Assembly (NCBI GenBank): GCA_965228475.1
Contig: OZ245817.1
Span: 3,680,001 to 3,744,000, forward strand
Length of the DNA stretch: 64,000 bases
DNA from: Myxococcota bacterium
Lineage (GTDB): Bacteria > Myxococcota_A > UBA9160 > JAFDDA01
Direction: 5' to 3'
Below the pieces are notes generated by a model. That model had not been told where the DNA came from. It did no database searches and was given only the letters and a program-made list of their open reading frames with translations. Shown here piece after piece: positions 8,956-18,681 of this stretch. Positions within the stretch are counted from its first letter, which is position 1. Each line of letters starts with the position of its first letter. The translations under genes were made by a program, and so were the position numbers.

Positions 8956-9456
8956 ATGCGAACCCTCGTGAGCACCCTGTCCCTGACCGCCCTCGTCCTC
9001 GGCGCCGGCACGGCCGCGGCGGAAATGAAGCCCGGCGACGAAGGCCAGCAGTCGAATCGGATCGAGGCCCCGGGCTCGATCTATGAATTCAACCCGCAGC
9101 CCGAACCGCCGCGCGTGAAGAAGAAGATGGACCCGACGAACCCTGCCGCTCCGGTGAAGCAGAAGATGGACGCGACGAACCCGGCCGCTCGAGTGAAGCT
9201 CAACCCGCAGCCGGAACCGCCGAGCAAGACCGTCGAGGGTGCGGTCGCGCTTCCGGGCGCGGAGGACCGGTTCAACCCGCAGCCCGAGCCTCCGCCGCAC
9301 GAAGGCAAGGGAGAGATCCCGGCCGAGCAGTCGACGAGCCAGCAGGCCCCCGGTGCGATCTACGAGTTCAACCCGCAGCCCGAGCCGCCGAAGGTCGCTC
9401 CCCTCGAGCCGGACGGGAAAGTCGGGATGAAGACGAAGCGCAAGGTCGCGCAGTAG
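8956..9456 (+). CDS. Secreted low-complexity protein with four (F/L)NPQPEPP repeats
   Basis: Strong RBS AAGGAGGA at 8943-8950, Sec-type signal ending in TAAA-E, internal repeats with synonymous variation. Confidence 0.85.
   Translation: MRTLVSTLSLTALVLGAGTAAAEMKPGDEGQQSNRIEAPGSIYEFNPQPEPPRVKKKMDPTNPAAPVKQKMDATNPAARVKLNPQPEPPSKTVEGAVALPGAEDRFNPQPEPPPHEGKGEIPAEQSTSQQAPGAIYEFNPQPEPPKVAPLEPDGKVGMKTKRKVAQ
9091..9390 (+). repeat. Four dispersed 21-bp NPQPEPP-coding repeats plus a 2 x 39-bp tandem repeat
   Basis: Copies at 9091-9111, 9202-9222, 9274-9294 and 9370-9390. Tandem VKKKMDPTNPAAP / VKQKMDATNPAAR at 9115-9192. Confidence 0.9.
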
Positions 9457-9494
9457 ACCCGGCGCACCGCACCGCACCGCGCCGCGCCGCCCGG

Positions 9495-10238
9495 CTAGAG
9501 CTCGCCGAGCTCCTGGCCTGCGAGCGCGGCGCCGATGATCCCGGCCTGGTTGCGCAGCGCGGCCGGGACGATCTCGACTTCGGCCTCGAGCAGCGGCACG
9601 AACTTCTCGTGCTTCTTGCTGATCCCGCCGCCGAGGATCACGAGATCCGCGCCGGTGTGGAACACGAGACGGCCGACGACCTCGTCGAGGCGTTCGGCCC
9701 ACTTCTTCCAGGAGAGCTCCTTCTCCTGGCGGACGCGGTCCGCCGCTCGATCCTCGGCACTCTTCCCGCCGACCTCGATGTGGCCGAACTCGGTGTTCGG
9801 GACGAGCCGGCCGTCGACGAAGAGCGCGGAGCCGATGCCGGTCCCGAGGGTCAGGACGAGCACCACGCCGCGCCGCCCGCGCCCGGCGCCGAAACGGACC
9901 TCCGCGAGCCCGGCGGCGTCCGCATCGTTGAGGACAGTGACGGGGCACGCGGTCGCATCCGAGAGCGCCGTTCGCAGGTTCGTGCCGACGAAGGACGGGT
10001 CGAGGTTCGCCGCGGTCTGGACGACGCCGGCCCGGACCACCCCGGGGAAGCCGCACCCGAGCGTGCCGTCCCAGCCGAAGTGATCGACGACCTTGGCGAG
10101 GACTTCGACGACGGCGTCCGGTGTCGCCGGCTGCGGCGTCTCCATCCGGAACCGATCGGTCGTGAGCTCACCGGTGGACGTGTCCACCAGAGCCCCCTTG
10201 ATGCCCGATCCGCCGACGTCGATCCCGAGGATCTCCAC
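9495..10238 (-). CDS. ppgK: Polyphosphate glucokinase (ROK family)
   Basis: [46 protein letters not shown] and [11 protein letters not shown] motifs; GGAGG RBS. Confidence 0.88.
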   Translation of the reverse strand: MEILGIDVGGSGIKGALVDTSTGELTTDRFRMETPQPATPDAVVEVLAKVVDHFGWDGTLGCGFPGVVRAGVVQTAANLDPSFVGTNLRTALSDATACPVTVLNDADAAGLAEVRFGAGRGRRGVVLVLTLGTGIGSALFVDGRLVPNTEFGHIEVGGKSAEDRAADRVRQEKELSWKKWAERLDEVVGRLVFHTGADLVILGGGISKKHEKFVPLLEAEVEIVPAALRNQAGIIGAALAGQELGEL

Positions 10239-10311
10239 GCCCTACCTCCGCGGTATCAGACCCCGCGCCAACCGACCTCGCACTGCCGGACTCCCGGCCC
10301 GCGGCTGAAAG

Positions 10312-12729
10312 CTAACGACCCTGCTTGGATGCGTCCGCAGGAATCACGAGGCGCTCCACGGGGTCCGGGACCTCCCCCGGCTTCCACAGCGCCGATCGGA
10401 AGTATTCGAAGCGGTGCCACGAAGCGGAGAGATTTCCGTACCAGGCGGAGCCCGGGTCGCCGCGCGGGCCCGCCGAGTGCGCGAAGAGCGCCTCCTCCGG
10501 CTGCGAGAGGTCGCAGACGAAACGGCTCGTCGCGCCGATCAGGTTGCGGAGCCGGTGCTTCTCGTCGATCGGGCGCGAGGGGCTCACGGTGTAGTCGTCG
10601 CCCGGGAACGGGGCGTCGAGCGCGACGAAGCGGTCCCCGAGGCCGGGGATCTCGGCCAGGAGCGTGCCGAGCCGGACCCGCTGGATCTCGCCCCACGCCC
10701 AGCCGGCCGGATCGGCACCGCAGTGGCGGGCGATGCGCGCGACCGCCGCCAGGAAGGCTTCGCGGACGAGCGCGGCGAGGGGCTCGCCCGCCGCCTCCTC
10801 GATGTCCTTGCGCAGCGGGTCGTCCGGGTCGAGCAGCAGCCGGTGGAAGCGCGGAAGCGCGCGCCGGCCGCCCGTGTAGCGGGGGCCGACCTCCGGGCCG
10901 AGCAGCGGATGGAGGCAGCGCGGCAGGGCCTCCCTCATGGTGAAGAAGTAGATCGCCGGCGCGGCGTCTTCGCAGCGGAAGACGCCATCCCAGCGCTCGA
11001 AGAGTTCGAGGGCGACGCCCGCGTGGGCCGCGACGCCGCGGAACTCGGCCAGCATCGGCAGCAGGGCATCGCGCAGGGGGAGCGCGTAGTCCGTCCCGAA
11101 GTCCGATTGCAGGTCCGTCGAGACCTTGACGTCCTGGGCTTCCCGGGCGAGGAGCGTCTTCTCGATGCGGTCGTGCCGGTAGCGCGGCTCGAAGTGAGCG
11201 CGGGAGGCGATGCGCTCGAAGTCGTCCGGGTTCACGATCGAGTTCGCCGAGGCGACGACGCCATTCTCCGGGTTGAGGATGCGCGGCATCTCCTCGAAGG
11301 AGAGGAAGCCGTCCCACTGCGCCAGGGGGTCGTCGGAGTCGCGGACGAAGAGCCCGTCCGCCGGTCGGCGCGGAAGGCGGCCGTAGAGTTCCCAGCCGAT
11401 GTGGCCGTCGCGATGGCCGTAGGTGTGGTTGAAGTCGAAGGGGCCTTCGTTCATCCGCGCGAGCGCGGCGCGGTGCTCCTCGACCGTCTTCGAGGCGGTG
11501 AGATCGAGGTTCCCTTCGATGTAGGCGGCCAGATCCGTCGAGACGTAGCGCACGGCGAGGTCCACCCCGTCGTGGTGCTGCCAGCCCTCGTAGAGGATGC
11601 CGTGCTCGCACTCCTCCCAGGAGCACGCGACGTCCTTTCCGGCCCGCACGCGGAGCGTCTCGCGGCGGCGTTCGAGGGGCGCCGTCCCGTCCGGCACGTG
11701 GTAGCGGTTCGGATCGCCTTCGACGCGGCGAATGCGCACCAGGTCCCACGCGTCCCGGAAACCGGTCGTGCATCCCCAGGCGAGGTGACCGTTGTGCCCG
11801 AACCCGAAGGCCGGGAAGCCGGGGAAGACGCCGCCCTGTACGCGGAACTCCGGACACTCGAGGTGTGCGTGATACCAGTACGTGGGGAGCGGGAAGAGCG
11901 GCACGTGCGGGTCGTCCGCGACGATGGGCGCACCGCCCGCCGCCCGCTCCGACGAGATCGCCCAGTTGTTGCTTCCGCCGGCCGGCACGTGGATCGGCGC
12001 GCTCGGCGGGATGTCGCCCCGGGCCTCGTAGCTCGTCGGCGCGTTCTGCCAGGGAGCCTCGGGGTACAGGCGCTGGGCACCGGCATCTCCCAGGCGGGCG
12101 CGCACGGCATCGAAGGTGAGCTCGTTCTCGAGGTTGATCAGCGTCACGACGAAGGCGCTGGTTCGCGCGAGAAGCAGGCTGTCGCGCGGTTGCCAGGGCC
12201 GGACCTTGCCGAGGAAGAGGTACTCGGCCGGGTAGACGCCGTCCATGGCACGCAGCGCCGCGTTCACCCCCGCGCTGAACGCCTCGAGACAGGCCTTCGT
12301 CCGCGGCGAGAGTTTCTCGGCGTCGCGGTCGGCCTCGCGCTCGAAGCCGAGCGGGCGCAGAAAGAGGTCGAGATCCGCCAGGCGCTTGCCTTGGAGCATC
12401 TCGACGTCGGGGAGCGGCGGGTTCCCGATCCACTCGGTCATCCGTCCCGATCCGAGATGACGAAGGACGTCGAGGAAGAGGAACCGGTCGGCGCCCTGGA
12501 GCCAGCCGAGCAGGGCGTAGGCATCGGCCTCGTGCTCGGCGTAGACGTGGGGGACGCCGCGCGCGTCGCGAACGACCTCGGCGCCGCCTTCGAGGGCCGG
12601 GAGGTTCGTCGCGGTGAGGGCGGGCCGGGTGCCTTCCACCTTGGCGCCGAAGGCGTCGGCGAGAAGGCGGCGAATCAGCGCCCCGTACTTCTTGCGCGGC
12701 AGCGCCTCGGCCGACGGCTCCGTCATCAC
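10312..12729 (-). CDS. Penicillin acylase family protein (Ntn hydrolase)
   Basis: VVRDARGVPHVYA in the alpha part; GGSNNWAIS (Ser nucleophile), DDPH, FGHNGHLAWG and ASAN motifs. No obvious signal peptide. Confidence 0.9.
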   Translation of the reverse strand: MMTEPSAEALPRKKYGALIRRLLADAFGAKVEGTRPALTATNLPALEGGAEVVRDARGVPHVYAEHEADAYALLGWLQGADRFLFLDVLRHLGSGRMTEWIGNPPLPDVEMLQGKRLADLDLFLRPLGFEREADRDAEKLSPRTKACLEAFSAGVNAALRAMDGVYPAEYLFLGKVRPWQPRDSLLLARTSAFVVTLINLENELTFDAVRARLGDAGAQRLYPEAPWQNAPTSYEARGDIPPSAPIHVPAGGSNNWAISSERAAGGAPIVADDPHVPLFPLPTYWYHAHLECPEFRVQGGVFPGFPAFGFGHNGHLAWGCTTGFRDAWDLVRIRRVEGDPNRYHVPDGTAPLERRRETLRVRAGKDVACSWEECEHGILYEGWQHHDGVDLAVRYVSTDLAAYIEGNLDLTASKTVEEHRAALARMNEGPFDFNHTYGHRDGHIGWELYGRLPRRPADGLFVRDSDDPLAQWDGFLSFEEMPRILNPENGVVASANSIVNPDDFERIASRAHFEPRYRHDRIEKTLLAREAQDVKVSTDLQSDFGTDYALPLRDALLPMLAEFRGVAAHAGVALELFERWDGVFRCEDAAPAIYFFTMREALPRCLHPLLGPEVGPRYTGGRRALPRFHRLLLDPDDPLRKDIEEAAGEPLAALVREAFLAAVARIARHCGADPAGWAWGEIQRVRLGTLLAEIPGLGDRFVALDAPFPGDDYTVSPSRPIDEKHRLRNLIGATSRFVCDLSQPEEALFAHSAGPRGDPGSAWYGNLSASWHRFEYFRSALWKPGEVPDPVERLVIPADASKQGR

Positions 12730-13571
12730 CGGCCGTTCCCCGCAGGCTCACCATCGACGGTGACCGTGACGAGCAGCAGACGATCGGCGGAACCCGAGCG
12801 TTGCACGCCGCCCGAGACGGCCGAGCCGGAGCGCATCGTCTCGACGCCGCCGATCCCGCCGACCACGGCCGTCTCGCCCGGCGCGACGACGAGCGTGGTG
12901 TCCGCGCTCGAGCGGTGCACGACGGCCCCGCGTCCGAGCCGCGCCTGGAAGGGCCGCAGGTCGAGGCGCACGCGGCCGTCCCCGAGAATGCGTGGCCGCA
13001 CTTCGAGGCCCGACTCCGCGGCGACGCGTACCGCGTCCGGGTAGCGGAAGGAGCCCGTCGGAAGCACGACCTCCGAGCCCCGAGCGATGCGGCCCCACTC
13101 CCCTTCGAGCACCCGCACCACGCCGACCTGGGACCCGCTCCCCCTCCGGTGCCGGTCGCCGAGCGTGACGCTCGCGCCCGACCCGCCTCCGGGCCGGACC
13201 ACGTTGCCCACCCGGAAGGAGTTTCCGCCGGCGCTCCAGGTGATCCGTGCTCCGGTCGCATCGAGATCGCTCGCGGTCCGCGTCTCGTGCTCGATCAACA
13301 CGGTTCGGAGCTTGCGGTCCTGGATCGCCAGGAGCTCGAGGGCCTGGGCGATGGCCTCGGCCGGACCGACGAGGACCATCGCTCCCGAGTGGCCGTCCAC
13401 GGCGATCCGTCCCTCGGGGCCAATCACCGCCTCGACCATGGGGACGAGGTCCTCGGCCACCCGGTACTTCGGGTGGTAGACCTCCATCTCGGCTCGCGCG
13501 GAGCCCGCCGCGAACGAGGAAACGGAAACGAGGATCAGCACGAGCCAACGGAGCGAAGCAGCCGAACGCAT
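12726..13571 (-). CDS. Short secretin-like protein (N-domain plus compact secretin domain)
   Basis: Signal peptide (ARA-E); EVYHPKYRVAEDLVPMVEAVIG..IAVDGHSGAMVLVG N3/NolW-like domain; GLEVRPRILGDGRVRLDL and TTLVVAPGETAVVGG secretin-like strands. Confidence 0.7.
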   Translation of the reverse strand: MRSAASLRWLVLILVSVSSFAAGSARAEMEVYHPKYRVAEDLVPMVEAVIGPEGRIAVDGHSGAMVLVGPAEAIAQALELLAIQDRKLRTVLIEHETRTASDLDATGARITWSAGGNSFRVGNVVRPGGGSGASVTLGDRHRRGSGSQVGVVRVLEGEWGRIARGSEVVLPTGSFRYPDAVRVAAESGLEVRPRILGDGRVRLDLRPFQARLGRGAVVHRSSADTTLVVAPGETAVVGGIGGVETMRSGSAVSGGVQRSGSADRLLLVTVTVDGEPAGNGR

Positions 13572-13594
13572 GGCCGAAGTGTACTTCTTCGGTG

Positions 13595-14716
13595 CTACTG
13601 GCGGCCGCCCAAACCGAGGCCCTGCCGCGCGACGACGGAGCGCATGATCTCGGTCGTCCCGCCGCCGAGGGTCTCCCAGAGACTCTGCAGCCAGAGGAGC
13701 TGCGCGCGCGAGTCGGCGCACAGTGACTCCGGGCCGCCCCAGTCGAACGCCGCCCGGGCGATCTGCTGCGCCGCCAGGGTGTGGACGATCTTGTTGGCCG
13801 CAGCCTCGACCGAGCCCGTCCGCCCTTTCTGCATCGCATCGAGCACGCGCAGCGCGTGGACCTCGACCTCGAGGCTCGTGACGGCGAGCTCGGCCATCCG
13901 CTCGCGCACCACGGGCTCGCTCGCACGCCCGCTGCGCCGGAGCCAGGCGGCGACCTCCTCGAGGTCCCGGGCGACCCGTGCGGGCGGGAACTGGATGTGG
14001 CGCTCGTCCGCCAGGGCCTCCCCCATGATCTTCCACGCGCCGTTCTCCGGGCCGACGCGCCGCTCGGCGGGAATGCGCACGCCGTCGAGCCGGACCTCGT
14101 TCAGCTGGTCGCCGTCGAGGGTGGGCAGCGGGGCGACGGTCACCCCCGGCGCATCGAGTTCGACGATGAAGAGCGAGAGCCCGCGGCCGCGGCTCTCCGG
14201 GCTCCCCGTGCGCGCGAGCAGCCAGAGGAAGTCCATGTCCTGGGCGTAGGACTGCCAGCACTTCTCGCCCGTCACGACGTAGGCGTCGCCGTCGCGCTCG
14301 GCGCGGCAGCGCAGGCTCGCCAGATCGCTGCCCGCCTCGGGCTCGGAGTAGCCGAGGGAGAAGTGCGCGGCGCCGCGGCGGATCTCCGGCAGGAAGGCCT
14401 TCTTCTGCGCGTCGCTCCCGTAGCGAAGGAGCGTCTTGGCGACGATGCCGGGGCCGAGCGGGTTGCGCGCGGCGCGAGCGCGCGCAACCTCGTTCCACAG
14501 CAGGTACTCGCAGGCGAGGGACCGGTCGAGCCCGCCCCATTCTTCGGGCCAGCCGAGGGAGAGCCAGCCGCGCTCGCCCATCGCCCGGAAGAGCGCCCGG
14601 ACGCGCGGCCATTGGTGACCCTGCACGAAGTACGCGCCGAGATCCGACCAGTCGCGGAGGAACTCGCGCACCTCGTCGCGGAAGCGAAGCTCGTCCCGGG
14701 AGAAGGACGCCTTCAT
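13595..14716 (-). CDS. Acyl-CoA dehydrogenase (full-length subunit)
   Basis: SLGYSEPEAGSDLASL, GEKCW, ALADER and GGGTTEIMR motifs. Start MKASFS. Confidence 0.9.
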   Translation of the reverse strand: MKASFSRDELRFRDEVREFLRDWSDLGAYFVQGHQWPRVRALFRAMGERGWLSLGWPEEWGGLDRSLACEYLLWNEVARARAARNPLGPGIVAKTLLRYGSDAQKKAFLPEIRRGAAHFSLGYSEPEAGSDLASLRCRAERDGDAYVVTGEKCWQSYAQDMDFLWLLARTGSPESRGRGLSLFIVELDAPGVTVAPLPTLDGDQLNEVRLDGVRIPAERRVGPENGAWKIMGEALADERHIQFPPARVARDLEEVAAWLRRSGRASEPVVRERMAELAVTSLEVEVHALRVLDAMQKGRTGSVEAAANKIVHTLAAQQIARAAFDWGGPESLCADSRAQLLWLQSLWETLGGGTTEIMRSVVARQGLGLGGRQ

Positions 14717-14744
14717 CGGAGCGCGACGCCTCCGGCCGACACGC

Positions 14745-15596
14745 TCACTCGTCCCCGTCCTCGGCCTCGTCGATGCGGGCGTTCGGATCGGGATTCCAGC
14801 GCGGCGCGCGCTTCTCTGCGAAGGCGCGCGAGCCTTCGAGGAAGTCCGGGTGGGACCAGTGCGCCCGCAGGGAGTCCCAGGCGCGCTCGAGGGCCTCCTG
14901 ATAGCCGAACTCGACCGCACCCCAGACGGCCTCCTTCGAGCGAGCCATCGCCTGGGGCGAGTTGCCCTTCATCTGCTCGGCCATCTCTTCGGCCAGGGGC
15001 AGGAGATCGGCGGGAGCGTCGACCAGCTCGTCGACCAGTCCGAGCTGCCAGGCGCGGTCGGCCTCGAGCCGGTAGTGCCGTCCGAGCAGGGTCATGCGCA
15101 GGGCGGTCCCGAGCGGGAGCCGCTTGGCGAGGCCGACGTTCTCGAGCGCGCCCACCATACCGACGTTCACGTGCGCATCGACGAACGCCGCGTTCGCCGA
15201 GGCGAGCACGATGTCGGCGTCCACCACGAAGTGGAGTCCGCCTCCGACGCACAGCCCGTTCACCAGGCAGATCACGGGTTTCCAGACCCGGTTCTGCTGC
15301 GGCGACCAGAAGACCGCTTCGGCCAGGGGCCGGTCGGCGAAGACCTCGTCGGCCTCGTCGCCCTCCGCCTCGGCGACGTCGAAGCCGGTGCAGAAGTGCC
15401 GCTCCCCGGTGGACCCCAGGATCGCGACCCGAACCTCGGGGTCGTCGCGCACGTCGGCCCAGATCGCGCGGAACACCGGCTGCATCGGCGGCGTGAGCGA
15501 GTTCCCGCGCTCGGGGCGGCAGAGGCGGATGAAGGCCTTGCCGTCGCGCTTCTCGTATTCGACACCCGGCAGCGGTCCGTCGAGATCGATGCTCAT
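14745..15596 (-). CDS. Enoyl-CoA hydratase/isomerase
   Basis: HFCTGFDV, WKPVICLVNGLCVGGG and DFLEGSRAFAEKRAPRW motifs. ATGA overlap with the upstream gene. Confidence 0.9.
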   Translation of the reverse strand: MSIDLDGPLPGVEYEKRDGKAFIRLCRPERGNSLTPPMQPVFRAIWADVRDDPEVRVAILGSTGERHFCTGFDVAEAEGDEADEVFADRPLAEAVFWSPQQNRVWKPVICLVNGLCVGGGLHFVVDADIVLASANAAFVDAHVNVGMVGALENVGLAKRLPLGTALRMTLLGRHYRLEADRAWQLGLVDELVDAPADLLPLAEEMAEQMKGNSPQAMARSKEAVWGAVEFGYQEALERAWDSLRAHWSHPDFLEGSRAFAEKRAPRWNPDPNARIDEAEDGDE

Positions 15597-16576
15597 CCGG
15601 AGACTCCCTCGCCGTCGAGGAACGGCACGAATGCTTCGAGCAGGCGCGGTGTCGCACCGAGCTCGGCAGGCGGCAGCGAGGCCACCTCGCGGATGCGGCG
15701 CGAGATCGGGAAGGCCGGCCCCTCGCGCGTGATGCCGACCGCCCCGAAGACCTGGTGGCCGACGTGGACCGCGTCGAGCGCGGCGCGCGTAGCCGAGCGC
15801 CGCGCGGCCGTGGCCCAGGCCGGTGCCTCGGGATCGTCTTCGTCGCAGCGCCACGCCGCCGCGCGCGCGAGGGCCGCGGCGCCCTCGAGGGCCACCGCGG
15901 AATCCGCGAGCGGATGAGAGACCGCCTGGAACTCGCCGATGGCGCGGCCGAACTGACTCCGCAGGCGGGCGTGTTCGCACGCGGCGTCGAGGAGCCGTCG
16001 GCCGACCGCGGCGAGATACGCAGCGCGCGAGAGATCGGAGCGAAGGAGCGCGTGCGCCGCCGGACCGAGGCACGTCGTCCGCTCGAGCGCACCGCGGGCC
16101 GCCGGCTCACCGGCGAGGGTCCTCACCGCTTCGAGCTCGCCGGCCGGCTTCGCGAGCCAGACCTCACCGCTCTGGGCATCGACCTCGAGAAAGCGCTCCG
16201 CATCGAGGCCCCAGGGCAGCACGGGCGGTTCCCCCAGACAGACGACCACCCCGCCCGCGGCCACGTCGGCGCGGTCCGGCTCGGGGAGAACGTCGCAGGC
16301 GAAGAACGTCGCGAGCAACGGGCCGGGGAACGCTGCGAACCCGAGCGCTTCGAAGAGCGCGACGCGTTCGAGCGCCCCGCCCTGCCCCTCGGCACCCGCC
16401 ACCGCGAAGCCGCCGAGCTCGGCAAAGGCCCGCCATGCGTCGGCCGGGAAGGCGCCTTCGCGGCGAAGCAGCGCGTCGTCGCAGTGATCGCGGCAGAGCG
16501 CGGCGACGGCGTCGTGGAGCGCCTGCTGGCCCTCGTCGAAGCCGAGGTCGAGGCTTCGTTCGGTGGCAGCGCTCAC
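15593..16576 (-). CDS. Acyl-CoA dehydrogenase-family short (partner) subunit
   Basis: RSQFGRAIGEFQAVSHPLAD and HQVFGAVGITRE motifs. Lacks SEPxAGSD. GTGA overlap. Confidence 0.85.
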   Translation of the reverse strand: MSAATERSLDLGFDEGQQALHDAVAALCRDHCDDALLRREGAFPADAWRAFAELGGFAVAGAEGQGGALERVALFEALGFAAFPGPLLATFFACDVLPEPDRADVAAGGVVVCLGEPPVLPWGLDAERFLEVDAQSGEVWLAKPAGELEAVRTLAGEPAARGALERTTCLGPAAHALLRSDLSRAAYLAAVGRRLLDAACEHARLRSQFGRAIGEFQAVSHPLADSAVALEGAAALARAAAWRCDEDDPEAPAWATAARRSATRAALDAVHVGHQVFGAVGITREGPAFPISRRIREVASLPPAELGATPRLLEAFVPFLDGEGVSG

Positions 16577-17532
16577 GCGGAGACGGGCCATCGGGCCCGG
16601 GCTGCGCTGCGCCGGTGGCCGGCCGCGCCGCCGAGCTCGAGCCGAAGCGCCTGGAGGCGCATGCTGAAGACGTGGAGGTCGTGCTCGCGCGTGAAACCCA
16701 TCGCACCGCAGAACTGGTGCGTCTCGTCGAAGACGGCCTTCGCCGTTTCGCTCGCGTAGGCGGCGGCGACCGCGGCGGCCTCCGCGGCCCGAGCGCCCGT
16801 CGCATCCGCGGCTTCGAGGGCCAGCCAGCGGGTCCCTTCGACGCGGACCGCCAGATGGGCGAGGCGATGCTGCAGGCCCTGGAAGGAACCGAGCGCACGC
16901 CCGAACTGCCGGCGCTGCTTCACGTGCTCGAGCGTCGCATCGAGTGCGCCCCGGGCGCTCCCCGCGACTTCGCACGCCAATGCGACCCGCCACCAGCGCA
17001 GCAGCGCCCCGCTCTCGCCCGCGAGCCCTTCGGACTCTGCGTGGATCTCCGATGAGACCATGCCGAAGGGATACCCGAAGCTCGAACGCACCGGCTCGAC
17101 GCTGCCCGGCCGGATCGTCGCGATCCGCATCGCCTCCTCGGAAGCGAACAGCACCTGCCGGGCATGGGCGGCGAAGCGGACCGGCCTGCCGGACCCGGCT
17201 TCGGGCCGCCATGCCAGGGCGACGGGCCCGGAGGCTTCGCGGCCGCCGAGCCCGCCTGCCTCCCGGACTCCGGGGATCACGAGTGTCGCGGCTCCGATCG
17301 CCGCGACCCCTGCCGCACGCGCCACCGCCTCCGTGAGCAGCGCGGCCTCGAGCGCACCGGACTCGGCGAAGAGTCCGAGAAAGCCGGCTTCCTCGAGCGC
17401 GGCCTCGAGCTCCGCGTCGTACCCGCCCTTGGCCGCGAGCTCGATGGCGCGCGCCGGCCCCGCATGGCGCTCGAGGAGCTGCCCGACGGCGTCGAGGACC
17501 GATCGCTGGTCTTCGTCGAGTTCGAAGTCCAC
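16573..17532 (-). CDS. Acyl-CoA dehydrogenase-family short (partner) subunit
   Basis: MDFELDEDQ start; RRQFGRALGSFQGLQHRLA and HQFCGAMGFTREHDLH motifs. Lacks SEPxAGSD. Confidence 0.87.
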   Translation of the reverse strand: MDFELDEDQRSVLDAVGQLLERHAGPARAIELAAKGGYDAELEAALEEAGFLGLFAESGALEAALLTEAVARAAGVAAIGAATLVIPGVREAGGLGGREASGPVALAWRPEAGSGRPVRFAAHARQVLFASEEAMRIATIRPGSVEPVRSSFGYPFGMVSSEIHAESEGLAGESGALLRWWRVALACEVAGSARGALDATLEHVKQRRQFGRALGSFQGLQHRLAHLAVRVEGTRWLALEAADATGARAAEAAAVAAAYASETAKAVFDETHQFCGAMGFTREHDLHVFSMRLQALRLELGGAAGHRRSAARARWPVSA

Positions 17533-17535
17533 GCC

Positions 17536-18681
17536 CTACTCCCGCGGCAGCTCGAGAAGATGACGCGCGATCAGGTTCAGCTGGACCTCGGTCGCCCCCA
17601 CCGCCACCCCGGCCGTCATCGCCCAGCGAAAGCGCGTGTCCGCGTAGCTCCCGTGGGCGAGCGCCTCCTCCCCGAAGACCTCGATGGCCAGCTCCGCCAC
17701 CGCCTGCTCGGCCGCCGTTCCGGCCACGCGGGCGACGTTGCTGTCGGCACTCGGGGGTGCACCGTGCGCGCGCTGATCGATCACGCGATAGGTCAGCACG
17801 CGCGCAGCCTCGCAGGCGGCGCGCGCCTGGCCGAGCTTCTCCTGGATCCGCGGGTCTTCGAGCTGGCCGCGAGCCCGCGCGCGCTCGGCGAGGTCGTCGA
17901 GGATCAGGGCGGCCCGGTGATAGCGCGCGGCACCGACGCGCTCGAACTGCAGGGCATAGGAGACCACGTTCCAGCCTTCGTCCTCGGGCCCGAGCCGGCA
18001 GGAGACCGGGACCCGGACCGCATCGAAGAACACTTCGTGGAAGTAGCGGTCCCCCACGACCGAGGGGATCTCGCGCACCTCGATTCCCGGCAGGTCCATC
18101 GGGCAGAGCAGGACCGAGATACCCTTGTGGCGGCGCGAATCCGGATCCGTGCGGACCAGCAGGAAGCAGAAGCGCGCGTGGTTGGCGTAGGAGGTCCAGA
18201 TCTTCGAACCGTCGACCACGTAGTCGTCGCCGTCCCGGCGGGCGGCGGTCCGGAGCGCCGCGAGGTCGCTACCCGCTTCGGGCTCGGAGAAGCCCTGACA
18301 CCAGAGGACGTCGCCCGACGAGATCAGCGGCAGGTGTTCGGCCTTCTGCGCCTCGCTGCCGAACTTCATGATCGCGGGGCCGATCCAGTTGACGTTCATG
18401 TACTGGGGACCGCGCGGCTCCCCGTTGCCCCACATCTCCTCGCCCAGGATCGCGTGGCGCCACGGCGAAGCGTCGCTCCCGCCGAACTCCACGGGCCAGC
18501 TCTGGGTCAGCCAACCGCGGTTCGCGAGCTGCGCGCAGAAGCCCCGGGAGAACTCGGCCTGGTCGTCGCTGCCGGGGCCGCCCTTCGACAGCCGCTCCCA
18601 GTCCCCGGGCAGGGCCTCCGCGAGGAAGGCCTGGACCTCCCGGCGGTAGGATTCCTCTTCCGGCGACCAACCGAAGTGCAC
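17536..18681 (-). CDS. Acyl-CoA dehydrogenase (full-length subunit)
   Basis: WCQGFSEPEAGSDLAAL, GSKIWTSYA, ALQFER and GATEVQLNLIA motifs; GGAGG RBS. Confidence 0.92.
   Translation of the reverse strand: MHFGWSPEEESYRREVQAFLAEALPGDWERLSKGGPGSDDQAEFSRGFCAQLANRGWLTQSWPVEFGGSDASPWRHAILGEEMWGNGEPRGPQYMNVNWIGPAIMKFGSEAQKAEHLPLISSGDVLWCQGFSEPEAGSDLAALRTAARRDGDDYVVDGSKIWTSYANHARFCFLLVRTDPDSRRHKGISVLLCPMDLPGIEVREIPSVVGDRYFHEVFFDAVRVPVSCRLGPEDEGWNVVSYALQFERVGAARYHRAALILDDLAERARARGQLEDPRIQEKLGQARAACEAARVLTYRVIDQRAHGAPPSADSNVARVAGTAAEQAVAELAIEVFGEEALAHGSYADTRFRWAMTAGVAVGATEVQLNLIARHLLELPRE

Noticed and set aside
9091..9390. Regularly spaced 21-bp repeats as a possible CRISPR array
   Set aside because: The repeats are in frame, vary at synonymous positions, have 51-90 bp spacers within an ORF, and no cas genes are present.
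9464..9488. Pentamer run (GCACC)3(GCGCC)2 between convergent genes
   Set aside because: Too short, no spacers, intergenic. No evidence for CRISPR or phase variation.
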